Assembly (NCBI GenBank): GCA_029213025.1
Contig: JARGOZ010000002.1
Location: 8,338-72,337, forward strand
Direction of reading: 5' to 3'
DNA: 64,000 bases
DNA from: Verrucomicrobiales bacterium
GTDB taxonomy: Bacteria > Verrucomicrobiota > Verrucomicrobiia > Verrucomicrobiales > DEV007
Shown: positions 36,551 through 45,849 of the stretch, piece after piece
How positions within the stretch are numbered: the first letter of the stretch is position 1
How the letters are laid out: every line of letters begins with the position of its first letter
Translations under genes and position numbers: made by a program
The notes under the pieces: model-generated
The model's database searches: none
Seen by the model: only the letters and a program-made list of their open reading frames with translations
What the model was told of the DNA's origin: nothing

Positions 36551-39382
36551 TTACTCCCCGTCCGGCATTCGGATTAATTCCAGTCCACTCAAGCTGGTGT
36601 TGCCCGATTTCGGGGTCATTTGGAGCAGAAAAGCCCCGTCGTTGATTTGGGTACGGGGTGAAGTTAGTACGACTCCTCTGAACGTATCACCCGCTTCTTT
36701 TCGGGGAGAGAAGTCACTGCGAAACGGTTTTTCCTGAATCCTGATATCGAAACTCCGTTCATCGTCCATCAATTCGCCGAAATACAGACGAACATCGTAG
36801 GTTCCATTTTTCAAACCCGTAAGTCGGATTTTATCAGCTCCGATTACTGAAGACGAAACAACCCACGGCCAGGCGCTTTCGGATTTATCGTTTATCCAAA
36901 TCGAATGCCGATAGTGGTATTTGATCGATTCGACTGGTGATACTTCCAGGCTGATTTGCGGAGAAGGACCGCCTACGTTGGGATAATCGAGCCACAGAGT
37001 TCCTTCATCAGTCATCCGGTCGCCGGGCGCGCCGAAGTTTATTCCAATTCTCTCAATTTTCCCTTCGATAGACTCGGCCGGCACTTCGCCCCATGCCGCC
37101 CATTGCTCGTGCGTCTTAGGCATGCTGACCAGACTGAAAGCGGTGGGAAGAGGGTAACTACAGGTACAGCCTTCGAAAAAGTAGGGCACATTCAATACAC
37201 CATTCGCCGGTGTGATGCTGTTGGTACAACCCGATCTCGGTCCACTTAGATTGATAGTTCCGCTTTCGAGCCGTTTGTCATATACAGCGGCAGTTCCTGA
37301 TCTCATGGTATATAGATTTCCGTAGTCAAAACCTCCGTCGCAACCGTAGCTTTTCGGGAAGACTCTCGGTTCATCCTCACCTGTCAGCGGGTTTCGTCGT
37401 GTTCCGGCGAGAGGTGGTTCCGGTTTGTAGTCGCTCTTTTGACGGGGTGGACGGTATTGGGAGGGTTGAACGGTTTCGAAATCGCGGTTGGAAAATGATT
37501 GCCTTAAAACGGTCGCTTCAGTCTCGTCAAGAATCCTGCCGGTATAGACATCGGTAAAAACGGAATGCTTGAGACGATAGTCCACTTTGCCTTTCCGGGT
37601 CGAAGCATCGGTCCACGTTTTATCTACCGAGATCATTACACCGTCGATAAATTTGGGTTGCGGGGATCGTTTGAAATGGCCGAGAGTATCATCAAACCAC
37701 AATACCCCGAATGGTGCGCGGACCAGTTCGTCGGAGCTTTCATTCCAGTCGCCGGAATAATTGGTGCTTCCAGGCAGCGAGGCACGGGTGAGAATGGTGT
37801 AGTTGCCGTGTTTCGAAACGGTAAAGCCGGGGAGCTTCAGTTTGTCGGCTTCGGGTGTTGCGGGGATCACCATTTTGCCTCCGAACGGTCGGACCGATTC
37901 GGCCAGTTTCTCTATTTCTGTCGGGCTCTCGTCTGATTGAAGAACCATTACGTCGGCGAGATACCGCGGTAGATCCATATCAAGTGGTTGGCCGTGAATC
38001 AGGGCCACGCGATGGCCGTATAGATCTGCGGATTGAAGAACGGTGCGATGGTTGTCGACCTTCTCTTTGTCCGGTTCAATGGCCACGACCTTGAGTTTCG
38101 AACGCGTGCCAAGTGTAGTGAGAAAAGCGGTGTCAGATTGACCGCACACAATTGCGAAGCCTCTATCAATTTCTGTGGCATCGAGGATCTGTTGCGCTTT
38201 TGAATCGGTGGAATCCGGGAGGGTTGTTTCGCGTTTGTGATGCACGACAGGCTGATTGTTATTGTCCGTAGTATAGCAAAGGATTTCCCCTTCCGTGGTT
38301 ACCACGAAGAGTTTTTCATCTGCGGAAAGCAGGGTATGAACCGGATGGGAAATACCGGGAAATTTGTCGGTAAAACTGTAGTTTTGGGGCCCTGCGGAAA
38401 TTATATTTCTGACATCCTGTGAGCCGACTTCCCAAAGTTTATCTTCGTGTTTCTTTTGGTTTACGCTTCGATCGAACAGCAGCTCTCTTTTGCGAGTGAC
38501 CTCTTCCGTATCGAGAAGCCCCAGTTTCGATTTTCCCGATTTGGTCCGGGTCGAGACAAACCAGCCTCCCGGTTTGCGACCGGCAGCGGGAAGTTGGAAA
38601 TCCAAAAGCTTCCCGGTATGCAAATCAAACCGGGCCGGATAAGCAGAACTTCCGGGCACAATCAACTCGTCTCCGTTAACCAGTAAATAGCCCTGGGGAG
38701 CGAGGCCTCCATAAGCTTCGGCATTGTGCGGATGAATTCCGTAGATATACCCACAGGAATCATTCAACCAGTTCACTTTTCCGGTAGTCGCATCAAGCGA
38801 GTAGATAAATACCCCTTCGAAAGGCCAAACTCCGGCAGCGAAATAGATATTTCCGTTTTGAATCACCGGGCCACCCCGAACCGGCCAGGTGGAAATAAGC
38901 CGCCGGTTCCCGAGCAGCTTTCTTTCCGAAGGAACGGCCCGGAATTTCCAGTGTAGTTTTCCATTTGCGGCGTCGAGACAATGAAGGTGCCCGTCATCGG
39001 AACCGAAGTATACGTTGTCATTCCAGGCGACCGGGGCAAAACGAATCGGGCCTTCCGAAAAATATCTCCATTTGACGGCCCCGGTGTCGACATCGAGCGC
39101 CAATAAACTGTCGTCGCGGGAGGAGCCGATGAACATCGTCTTGCCCAGAACCACAGGTTCATAACCGCTGTCGAACTGGAGGCGGGGGTCCCGAAAGGCC
39201 GGTTGCAGTCTGGGTAGGTCGCGCTGCCAGACAAGTTTCAATTCACCTTCGGGAAGGGTGGCGGGAGAATTACCGGTCCGGCCTTCGTCATATCTCCATT
39301 GCGGCCAGTCGGCAGAGAAGCCATTGATGTTGAATACAGTGAGAAAAACAATGATCCAGGTCCGACGGTTTCTTTTCTGCAT
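36551..39382 (-). CDS. large secreted PQQ-like beta-propeller repeat protein with a central methyltransferase-like segment and a C-terminal malectin-like domain
   Basis: 943 aa. N-terminus ADWPQWRYDEGRTGNS and repeated ...G.V.W... blades. Central segment KVVAIEPDKEKV...ADVMVLQ. C-terminus YDVRLYFGELMDDERSFDIRIQ resembles malectin-type sugar-binding domains. Confidence 0.75.
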   Translation of the reverse strand: MQKRNRRTWIIVFLTVFNINGFSADWPQWRYDEGRTGNSPATLPEGELKLVWQRDLPRLQPAFRDPRLQFDSGYEPVVLGKTMFIGSSRDDSLLALDVDTGAVKWRYFSEGPIRFAPVAWNDNVYFGSDDGHLHCLDAANGKLHWKFRAVPSERKLLGNRRLISTWPVRGGPVIQNGNIYFAAGVWPFEGVFIYSLDATTGKVNWLNDSCGYIYGIHPHNAEAYGGLAPQGYLLVNGDELIVPGSSAYPARFDLHTGKLLDFQLPAAGRKPGGWFVSTRTKSGKSKLGLLDTEEVTRKRELLFDRSVNQKKHEDKLWEVGSQDVRNIISAGPQNYSFTDKFPGISHPVHTLLSADEKLFVVTTEGEILCYTTDNNNQPVVHHKRETTLPDSTDSKAQQILDATEIDRGFAIVCGQSDTAFLTTLGTRSKLKVVAIEPDKEKVDNHRTVLQSADLYGHRVALIHGQPLDMDLPRYLADVMVLQSDESPTEIEKLAESVRPFGGKMVIPATPEADKLKLPGFTVSKHGNYTILTRASLPGSTNYSGDWNESSDELVRAPFGVLWFDDTLGHFKRSPQPKFIDGVMISVDKTWTDASTRKGKVDYRLKHSVFTDVYTGRILDETEATVLRQSFSNRDFETVQPSQYRPPRQKSDYKPEPPLAGTRRNPLTGEDEPRVFPKSYGCDGGFDYGNLYTMRSGTAAVYDKRLESGTINLSGPRSGCTNSITPANGVLNVPYFFEGCTCSYPLPTAFSLVSMPKTHEQWAAWGEVPAESIEGKIERIGINFGAPGDRMTDEGTLWLDYPNVGGPSPQISLEVSPVESIKYHYRHSIWINDKSESAWPWVVSSSVIGADKIRLTGLKNGTYDVRLYFGELMDDERSFDIRIQEKPFRSDFSPRKEAGDTFRGVVLTSPRTQINDGAFLLQMTPKSGNTSLSGLELIRMPDGE

Positions 39383-39489
39383 GGTAAAACGGTAGGGGTG
39401 CCGGTCCGGGTGTCAATGCGCCCAATAGTGCTCGTTGGCGAAACGGTTTCCGGGTTGCAAAGCGGGTGGGAACGTGGCAATGGCTTCCT

Positions 39490-39909
39490 ATGTCGAAGGA
39501 AATTGAAGAGGGACTCGAAGTGAAACTCGATTTCACGAAACTCAAGAAGGTGGCGGATACCGGCTCCAACGTTGTCCCCGCTGTGGCTCAGGACGTTGAT
39601 ACCGGTGAGGTTCTGATCATCGGTTATGCCAATGAGTTGGCTCTGAAAACGGCTCTCGAAGAGAAGATGGCAACTTTCTGGAGCACAAGTCGCAATGAGT
39701 TGTGGATCAAAGGAAAAACCTCCGGCGATTTTCTCGAGCTGGTGGAAGCCCGGGTGAACTGCGAGCAGAATTCTCTCCTTTACCGGGTGCGCCTGGCGGG
39801 GGCCGGTTCCTGCCACACCAAAGGGAAAGACGGAAAAGCACGCCTCGGCTGTTACTACCGCCGCATCAACGAAGACGGCAGTCTCTCGTTTGTCGAAAAC
39901 ATGGAATAA
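39490..39909 (+). CDS. hisI: phosphoribosyl-AMP cyclohydrolase
   Basis: VPAVAQDVDTGEVLIIGYANELALKTALEEKMATFWSTSRNELWIKGKTSGDFLELVEARVNCEQNSLLYRV...CHT matches the HisI core. Confidence 0.9.
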   Translation: MSKEIEEGLEVKLDFTKLKKVADTGSNVVPAVAQDVDTGEVLIIGYANELALKTALEEKMATFWSTSRNELWIKGKTSGDFLELVEARVNCEQNSLLYRVRLAGAGSCHTKGKDGKARLGCYYRRINEDGSLSFVENME

Positions 39910-39911
39910 TC

Positions 39912-40124
39912 ATGGATCGGGATAAAGCTATCGAAGAAATCGAGGGTTCGTGCAGAATCATTGCCCTCGAAATGATGAAACTCACTCCAAAAGCAAAGTT
40001 TCTGGAGAATGAAGAAATCGCAGGGGAAGTGATGAAAGCATCCTACGAGTTGACCATTCAGCTGGAGATCATCAAGAAAAAGCTGATCCAGCTGAAGGGC
40101 CGGGATGATTCCGGGGAACTGTAA
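39912..40124 (+). CDS. small hypothetical helical protein (70 aa)
   Basis: ATG lies 2 nt after the hisI stop. The frame is open to 40124 and I recognise no motif. It is embedded in the longer ORF-track entry 39702..40124. Confidence 0.35.
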   Translation: MDRDKAIEEIEGSCRIIALEMMKLTPKAKFLENEEIAGEVMKASYELTIQLEIIKKKLIQLKGRDDSGEL

Positions 40125-40133
40125 AAGCCGGGG

Positions 40134-42764
40134 CTACTTCGGCTTTGAACCGTTTTTCTGCTTCGCGGAAAGCTGTTCCACTTCCCGCTGCAATCGCGTT
40201 ACGAGTTCTCTGAGATCGCGAACCTCATCCGCCTGCTTTCCGGTGGCACTGATCTTTTTGATCGCATCCCCGGCGGCTTTTACCACGGGATCATCGGCAT
40301 CGCCAGCGGTGGAGTAGGGTTGCAGGATGGGCAGAGCCCGGCGGTCTTCCAACGAGCCCATCGCCCGTATCACCGCTGGGCGAAATTCCGGATTGGGGTG
40401 GTTCAGCTGCGAAGCGAGATATTCGCGGACATCGTCCCGCACCGGATCATCCGCATCCCGCGACAGGTAGGCGAGAGTTTCGAAGGCGGATCCAAGACTT
40501 CGTCGGGAAAAACGGGATTGGTTTTCCGCGAGATGTTTTCTCAACGGCGCGACGTAGACCGGGTCTCCCTGATCCCGCATCGCTGTAATGGCGCTGTTGG
40601 CGATACGATGCCGGTAGGAATCCCTCTCCAACGCGGCGATTAGCATGTCTTTAACTTCACCGGTGGGATATTTTCCAATCGCCCCGAGCGCAGCCGCAAC
40701 GATTTCGGGATTTTTTTCGTTAGCTGAGATGCCCTGCAAAATTTCCAGAGATTCCGGCGAATAGAACTTCCCGATCGCACGTACCACTTCGATTCGGACC
40801 CGCGCATCCTTCTGATTCAGTGATGATTTCAAAATGACTAGAGCTCCAGAAGTTCTGTGTTCTGCGAGAGTTCGGGCCGCTTCGATTCTCACCCCGTGGA
40901 AAGGATCGTTGTTGAGGTGCTTTTTCAGAAGATCCCCGGACTTTTTGTTCTTCTGTTTCCGGAGAGAGCGCACACCCAGGAGCCGTCCGATCATGTCCTG
41001 TTCGTTTTCGAGCTGATTGAAGAGTAGTTCACTCGGCGGATCAAATTTGGTGGCGGCGAGGACTGTCAGCTCGGGATCAATTCGAACGATGGCCGGTTTG
41101 GCGGGCAGGGCAAAGGAGAAATCCTCCGTTTGACGCTGAATAGAAAGAACCCGGTCGTAGACTTTTCCTTTTGCATCGATAAACCGGACCGGAAGCGGGA
41201 AATCGAAAAGCAGCACTTTTTCCGTGACCTTTTGGGTTTGTTTGACGGTGAGCTTTGCCTTCTTTGTTTTAGCGTCCCAATCATACTTCACATCCAGCTG
41301 TGGAGTGCCGCCGTGGAATACCCATTGATCGAAAAACTCATCAAAGGAACGTCCGCTGAGTTCTTCGAATACATCTTTGAGATCATCGGTCTCCACGTTT
41401 GAAAAGCGGTGGCGTTCCACGTAGGTTTTTACACATTCGCGATACAGATCCGCTCCGAGTTGGCTGCGCAGCATGTGGAGTACCCATGATCCTTTCGGGT
41501 AGGCGCGGAAATCAAACTGTTCCCATGGATCGGTAAAGCCGCGCCAAACGATCGGTTTGTCATCTTTCCTGCGCGTGACACTCTCGCCGTCTTTGAACAG
41601 ACCGTAGAGCATTTCATCCCGACCGGTTTTGTGGCCGTCATAGAGATGGGTGTAGTAGGTGGCAAATCCTTCGTTGAGCCAGAGATTTGACCAGTCTTTG
41701 CAAGTCAGCAGATCGCCGAACCACTGGTGGGTGGCTTCGTGGGCATCGAGCCGGTGAGTGGTGCGCAGGTTTTCACTCGTGTCGGAAAAAAGGGTGCCGT
41801 TTGTCAGGGTCGAGATACTGGTGTTTTCCATTCCCCCGGCGATGAAGTCGGCTACGCAGACGTTGTAGTATTTCGCCCACGGGTAGGGGACACCGATCTC
41901 TTTTCCGAGGAATGTCAGGATTTTCGCCGTGTCGCGGAATGAATTTTCCGCAACGGCAAACTCCGATGGCGTCGTGTAGAAAGCGAGTGGCACTTCGCCG
42001 TGTGTTGCTTCGAGTTTTTGGAAGTGGCCGGCGATGACGGAGATCAAATAATTCACGTGCGGCTTCTTCTGGTGCCAATGAGTGGTCCGGATGCCATCGG
42101 TAACTTCGTCGCTGATCAGAGTGCCGTTGGAGAGTACGATCATCGACTCCGGGACGTGGCAGATCACTTCGGAAGTGAAGCGTTCGTTGGGGAAATCGTA
42201 GCCGGGGAACCAGTGTCGGTGTTTTTCCGGTTCACCCTGGGTCCACAGGTGGTCATCCCCGGCGGGATATCCCATCGCTTCGGTTCGGAAAAAGAGACCG
42301 TCCTCCGGTTCGGCGGAATATTGCACGGTTACGCTCGCTTGCTCGCCGGCGGGGATCGCTTTTTCAAAAAGGATCGAGATCCGCTTGTCGTCGTAGTCCC
42401 AGGATTCGATTTTGTGGGTGGATTCCACCGATTCGATCGTGAGGTCAAACGCATCTAGATCGAGCTTTTCGAGCGGTTTCGCGATTGGCGCAAAGCTCGT
42501 CGTCGCGGTCCCCCGCAGGCTTCGATTTTCGAAATGCGGCGTAAAATCGATTTTTTGATGCAGTACATCCACAATCCGGTCACGGGCATACTGACGTCCG
42601 TTACCGGGTGGTTTCCCGACTTTCGCGGCCTGCAACCGTGCCCGCAGGCTGTAGAGATTCTTTTTGCAGGCGCAGTTTTCCCAGCCGCAGTCTTCGAAAC
42701 TGTTACCACTGAATAGAAGGGCGGGGATTCCGATGAGCAGAATCAGGAATAGCTTGAATTTCAT
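40134..42764 (-). CDS. M1-family aminopeptidase (aminopeptidase N-like) with C-terminal HEAT-like repeats
   Basis: Signal peptide, GGMENTS exopeptidase motif, and HEATHQWFGDL...WLNEGFATY zinc site. The C-terminus has repeated ...D..VR..A..AL... HEAT-like units. Confidence 0.92.
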   Translation of the reverse strand: MKFKLFLILLIGIPALLFSGNSFEDCGWENCACKKNLYSLRARLQAAKVGKPPGNGRQYARDRIVDVLHQKIDFTPHFENRSLRGTATTSFAPIAKPLEKLDLDAFDLTIESVESTHKIESWDYDDKRISILFEKAIPAGEQASVTVQYSAEPEDGLFFRTEAMGYPAGDDHLWTQGEPEKHRHWFPGYDFPNERFTSEVICHVPESMIVLSNGTLISDEVTDGIRTTHWHQKKPHVNYLISVIAGHFQKLEATHGEVPLAFYTTPSEFAVAENSFRDTAKILTFLGKEIGVPYPWAKYYNVCVADFIAGGMENTSISTLTNGTLFSDTSENLRTTHRLDAHEATHQWFGDLLTCKDWSNLWLNEGFATYYTHLYDGHKTGRDEMLYGLFKDGESVTRRKDDKPIVWRGFTDPWEQFDFRAYPKGSWVLHMLRSQLGADLYRECVKTYVERHRFSNVETDDLKDVFEELSGRSFDEFFDQWVFHGGTPQLDVKYDWDAKTKKAKLTVKQTQKVTEKVLLFDFPLPVRFIDAKGKVYDRVLSIQRQTEDFSFALPAKPAIVRIDPELTVLAATKFDPPSELLFNQLENEQDMIGRLLGVRSLRKQKNKKSGDLLKKHLNNDPFHGVRIEAARTLAEHRTSGALVILKSSLNQKDARVRIEVVRAIGKFYSPESLEILQGISANEKNPEIVAAALGAIGKYPTGEVKDMLIAALERDSYRHRIANSAITAMRDQGDPVYVAPLRKHLAENQSRFSRRSLGSAFETLAYLSRDADDPVRDDVREYLASQLNHPNPEFRPAVIRAMGSLEDRRALPILQPYSTAGDADDPVVKAAGDAIKKISATGKQADEVRDLRELVTRLQREVEQLSAKQKNGSKPK

Positions 42765-42780
42765 GACGAAGAATCCCGAC

Positions 42781-42839
42781 CTAACAGGGTACAGTCGAGG
42801 ACCTAACAGGGTACAATGCGGGACTTAACAGGGTACAAT
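42781..42839 (+). repeat. AACAGGGTACA-core intergenic repeat locus 5 (three direct copies)
   Basis: Cores lie at 42783-42793, 42805-42815 and 42827-42837, spaced 22 and 22 bp. The locus sits between two minus-strand genes. Confidence 0.92.
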
Positions 42840-42846
42840 GCCCCGG

Positions 42847-43878
42847 TCAGGCCTTTTTTTCTGCCACCGGCTCTTTCACATGGACCCAGGTGTGAACGTG
42901 AGGATCGCCGCGGAAATACCAGACCAGCTGGGGGCCTTCGATTTGCCAGGTGTCCCAGACTTTGTCATCCCCGACATCTTCGTTTTTATAAAAAGCGATA
43001 TGCGTATCGGAAATCTGGTTGTTGATCATCGAGGCGGCTTCGATCCGGTCCTCCTCGCGAAACGGAGCGAGCAAATCGGTGACGACGTCGAGCATCAGTT
43101 TTCTCTGGTCCGCGGTCATTTCCCAGGCGGGAATTCCGTCGAGACCTTCCTTTTTGCCGGTCAACTCAATCGTCTTTGTGCCCTGCTCGCCTCGACTGTC
43201 ATTTTTCAGGGCTTTTTCGCGTTGTTTTCCGTCCAGCATTTCGAAAAGTTCATTGGCTCTTTTGGCCTGAAACCAATAGGCATTGCCGGGGTGATCGGGC
43301 TTTTCGTAGAAGCCTTTCGAAGCGTGGCCGTAGAAAATCGGTCCGCCGAAAGCGACGCCTTCCGTGGCATTGCCGTCGCACCTTCTTGTGGTGTGGCGGC
43401 CGGTGAGGACGAATTCGAATTTGTCGGTTTCCGGTTCTTCAAAAATTGCTACCGAAGCGGTGCCGAAAATTTCATCCGGGGTTTTGGCATTTTTGGAGCG
43501 GTTGTCTTCGAGAAACTGCCGCCAGACCTCGTCGCGAAGTTGTTCGCTGTGCAATTCCCGGAAAATATCACGGACCAGCAACTGCTGGGCGGAATCGAAG
43601 TGAGTTCCCACTCTTTCACGAAGAATGTGCCAGTTGTTTTCGATTTTGTGGCGCAGCGGGTTGTCGAAGGGAATCACAAATTTTTCGCGCTGCTCTTCGC
43701 TGAGGCTGCTGAGTAACTCTCTGATCAGTGATTCGGCTTTTGGTTCCGCGCTTGCTTTTTTCGCAACCTCCTCACCATGAATTGATTCCGGAATAATTGC
43801 GGCACCGCCCGCACCTAAAATTGATTTACCGAGAAACGACCGCCTGGTTTCCGTGGATTGGTTCAGAGGATACTTCAT
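42847..43878 (-). CDS. Tat-secreted hypothetical protein, DUF3500-like
   Basis: 343 aa with Tat-like RRSFLGKSILGAGGAAI. GPIFYGHA... and WQIEGPQLVWYFRGDPHVHTWV resemble DUF3500, assigned from memory. Confidence 0.6.
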   Translation of the reverse strand: MKYPLNQSTETRRSFLGKSILGAGGAAIIPESIHGEEVAKKASAEPKAESLIRELLSSLSEEQREKFVIPFDNPLRHKIENNWHILRERVGTHFDSAQQLLVRDIFRELHSEQLRDEVWRQFLEDNRSKNAKTPDEIFGTASVAIFEEPETDKFEFVLTGRHTTRRCDGNATEGVAFGGPIFYGHASKGFYEKPDHPGNAYWFQAKRANELFEMLDGKQREKALKNDSRGEQGTKTIELTGKKEGLDGIPAWEMTADQRKLMLDVVTDLLAPFREEDRIEAASMINNQISDTHIAFYKNEDVGDDKVWDTWQIEGPQLVWYFRGDPHVHTWVHVKEPVAEKKA

Positions 43879-44231
43879 TGGCCTATACTATCACGCTGAA
43901 ACCGCCATTCCAGAAAATTCAGTATTTCGGTTCCGCCAAAAAAAAACCTTGCGGAAAGCCCTACCAAGCTTCACTGTTTATTCGTTCTTTACCTGAACAC
44001 TTTTGATTCCATTCAACATTCGTTGAGACCAAGCTTCGGTTCTGACCGTCGGAGATCAACCCGCACTCTAAGGCCGATTTTATCCCCTGGAATCCTCCAA
44101 TTTTGGAGAATCATCAATTTTAATCACACGTAGTTAAAGCAAAAAATTCGCGGACCAGGCATATCGCCTCATCTCAGCTTCCCTGATACCAGTGAGTCTG
44201 GTGACCGCCAGTCTGTTTAAACAGAATCTAC

Positions 44232-45809
44232 ATGAACGAGAAAACCGAAATCACTCAGGATTCCGAAACAACCACAGCCGTTGAAGCGCCTGCCCGTAAG
44301 AAGGCCACCAAAAGAGCGGCAAATAAACCGGCTGCAGAGAAAACTGAAGTGACTCAACCGGAACTTTTTGATGACAAAGAAGTAAAGGCTGGTGGAGAAA
44401 AAGAGAACGCGCCCGCCCGGAAAAACACGTCCCGGAAAAGAGCTTCGCAAAACGGTGAAAATTCAGGAAACAACAAACAGAGACGTCGTCCCAGGTCCGA
44501 TAAGAACAATAAACCTGCCGATGGACAGTCAGCTCCTGATTCAGAAGACAAATCGCAGCAGGACCAGGGCAAGTCACAGGATCAGGGGGATGGAAAAAAT
44601 GCTCCACCGAAAAAGTCCCGCAAAGAACTTTACCGCGAGCGCAAAGAAAAGCAGCGCGCCAAGGAAGCGGCGATTTTAGAAGCGGCCACTCCGGTCGAGT
44701 CAGAGGGGATCGTCGAAATTTCCCCGAAAGGATTTGGTTTCCTGCGGGAAAAAGAAAGAAATTTTAATCAGTCTCCCAAAGATGTTTTCATCACTCCGGA
44801 GATCGTAAGAACCCGGGGACTGCGCGACGGTTTGTGGGTAAAATGTGTTTCGAAAGAGGGAGTGAGAGGGCCTCAGTTGATTGAGATTCTGGAGATCAAC
44901 GGCAAGAATCCCGATCAATATGTGAACCTTCCCTACTTTGAAGAGTTAACGGCTATCAACCCCAACAAACGCCTCGTTCTGGAAACCGAAACGACCAGAA
45001 TGACGACACGGGTGATCGACCTGGTAACTCCAATCGGTAGAGGTCAGCGTGGTTTGATCGTAGCTCCGCCCCGAACCGGAAAAACAACGTTGTTACAACA
45101 CATCGCCGAAGCGGTGGAGAAAAACTATGAAGATATGCATCTCATGGTTCTGCTGATTGATGAACGTCCCGAGGAGGTAACAGACTTCCAGCGTTCATTT
45201 CCCAAAGCTGAAGTGTTGTCGAGTTCTAACGACAGTGAAAATAAAGATCATACCAGAATCGCACTGCTCGCGATTGAGAGAGCCAAGCGACTCGTCGAAG
45301 CGGGCGAGCATGTGTTTATTTTGATGGATTCAATCACCCGGCTGGCTCGTGCTTTCAACAACTCCGCCAGGGGTGGTCGCGGGCGTGGCACCGGAACCGG
45401 CGGTATCACTGTAGGTGCACTGGAAATGCCCCGGAGGATTTTTGCCGCTGCCCGGAATACCAGGGAAGCCGGATCTTTGACCATTATCGCCACAGCTCTG
45501 GTGCAGACCAACAGCCGGGCGGATGAAGCGATCTTCCAGGAGTTCAAAGGAACCGGTAATATGGAATTGGTTCTCGATCGCCAGATGGCGCAAAACTACA
45601 TATATCCTGCTGTCGATATCAACAAATCCGGTACGAGGCGGGAGGAGCTTTTGTTACCTCCTCACATGCTGGAAAAAATTTATGTCATTCGGCGGGGCTT
45701 GAGCACCTATAAATCTGTCGATGCGATAGAATGGCTGCTGCGATGTATGGAACGATATCCATCCAATGCGCAGATGTTGATGGATATTAAAACTACAGCT
45801 TTGAGCTGA
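44232..45809 (+). CDS. rho: transcription termination factor Rho with a ~155-aa low-complexity N-terminal extension
   Basis: GFGFLR (RNA-binding domain), RVIDLVTPIGRGQRGLIVAPPRTGKTTLL (Walker A), LLIDERPEEV and ALVQTNSRADE. The N-terminal 1-155 is rich in K/R/Q/E/N. Confidence 0.95.
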   Translation: MNEKTEITQDSETTTAVEAPARKKATKRAANKPAAEKTEVTQPELFDDKEVKAGGEKENAPARKNTSRKRASQNGENSGNNKQRRRPRSDKNNKPADGQSAPDSEDKSQQDQGKSQDQGDGKNAPPKKSRKELYRERKEKQRAKEAAILEAATPVESEGIVEISPKGFGFLREKERNFNQSPKDVFITPEIVRTRGLRDGLWVKCVSKEGVRGPQLIEILEINGKNPDQYVNLPYFEELTAINPNKRLVLETETTRMTTRVIDLVTPIGRGQRGLIVAPPRTGKTTLLQHIAEAVEKNYEDMHLMVLLIDERPEEVTDFQRSFPKAEVLSSSNDSENKDHTRIALLAIERAKRLVEAGEHVFILMDSITRLARAFNNSARGGRGRGTGTGGITVGALEMPRRIFAAARNTREAGSLTIIATALVQTNSRADEAIFQEFKGTGNMELVLDRQMAQNYIYPAVDINKSGTRREELLLPPHMLEKIYVIRRGLSTYKSVDAIEWLLRCMERYPSNAQMLMDIKTTALS

Positions 45810-45849
45810 GGTTGCGATACGGGGTCTCTATTTCGGGGTTTGGAACGGA

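Noticed and set aside
42781-42839. The phased repeats might be a miniature CRISPR array.
   Set aside because: There are only 2-3 copies per locus. The unit is ~16 nt with ~6-11 nt between units (22-bp period). No cas genes are present, and the identical structure is scattered at seven loci.
42838-43716. 292-aa plus-strand ORF opposite the DUF3500-like gene.
   Set aside because: The minus-strand frame has a Tat signal and a plausible globular sequence. The plus-strand product is F/G/V-rich with no features, and its start lies within the repeat locus.
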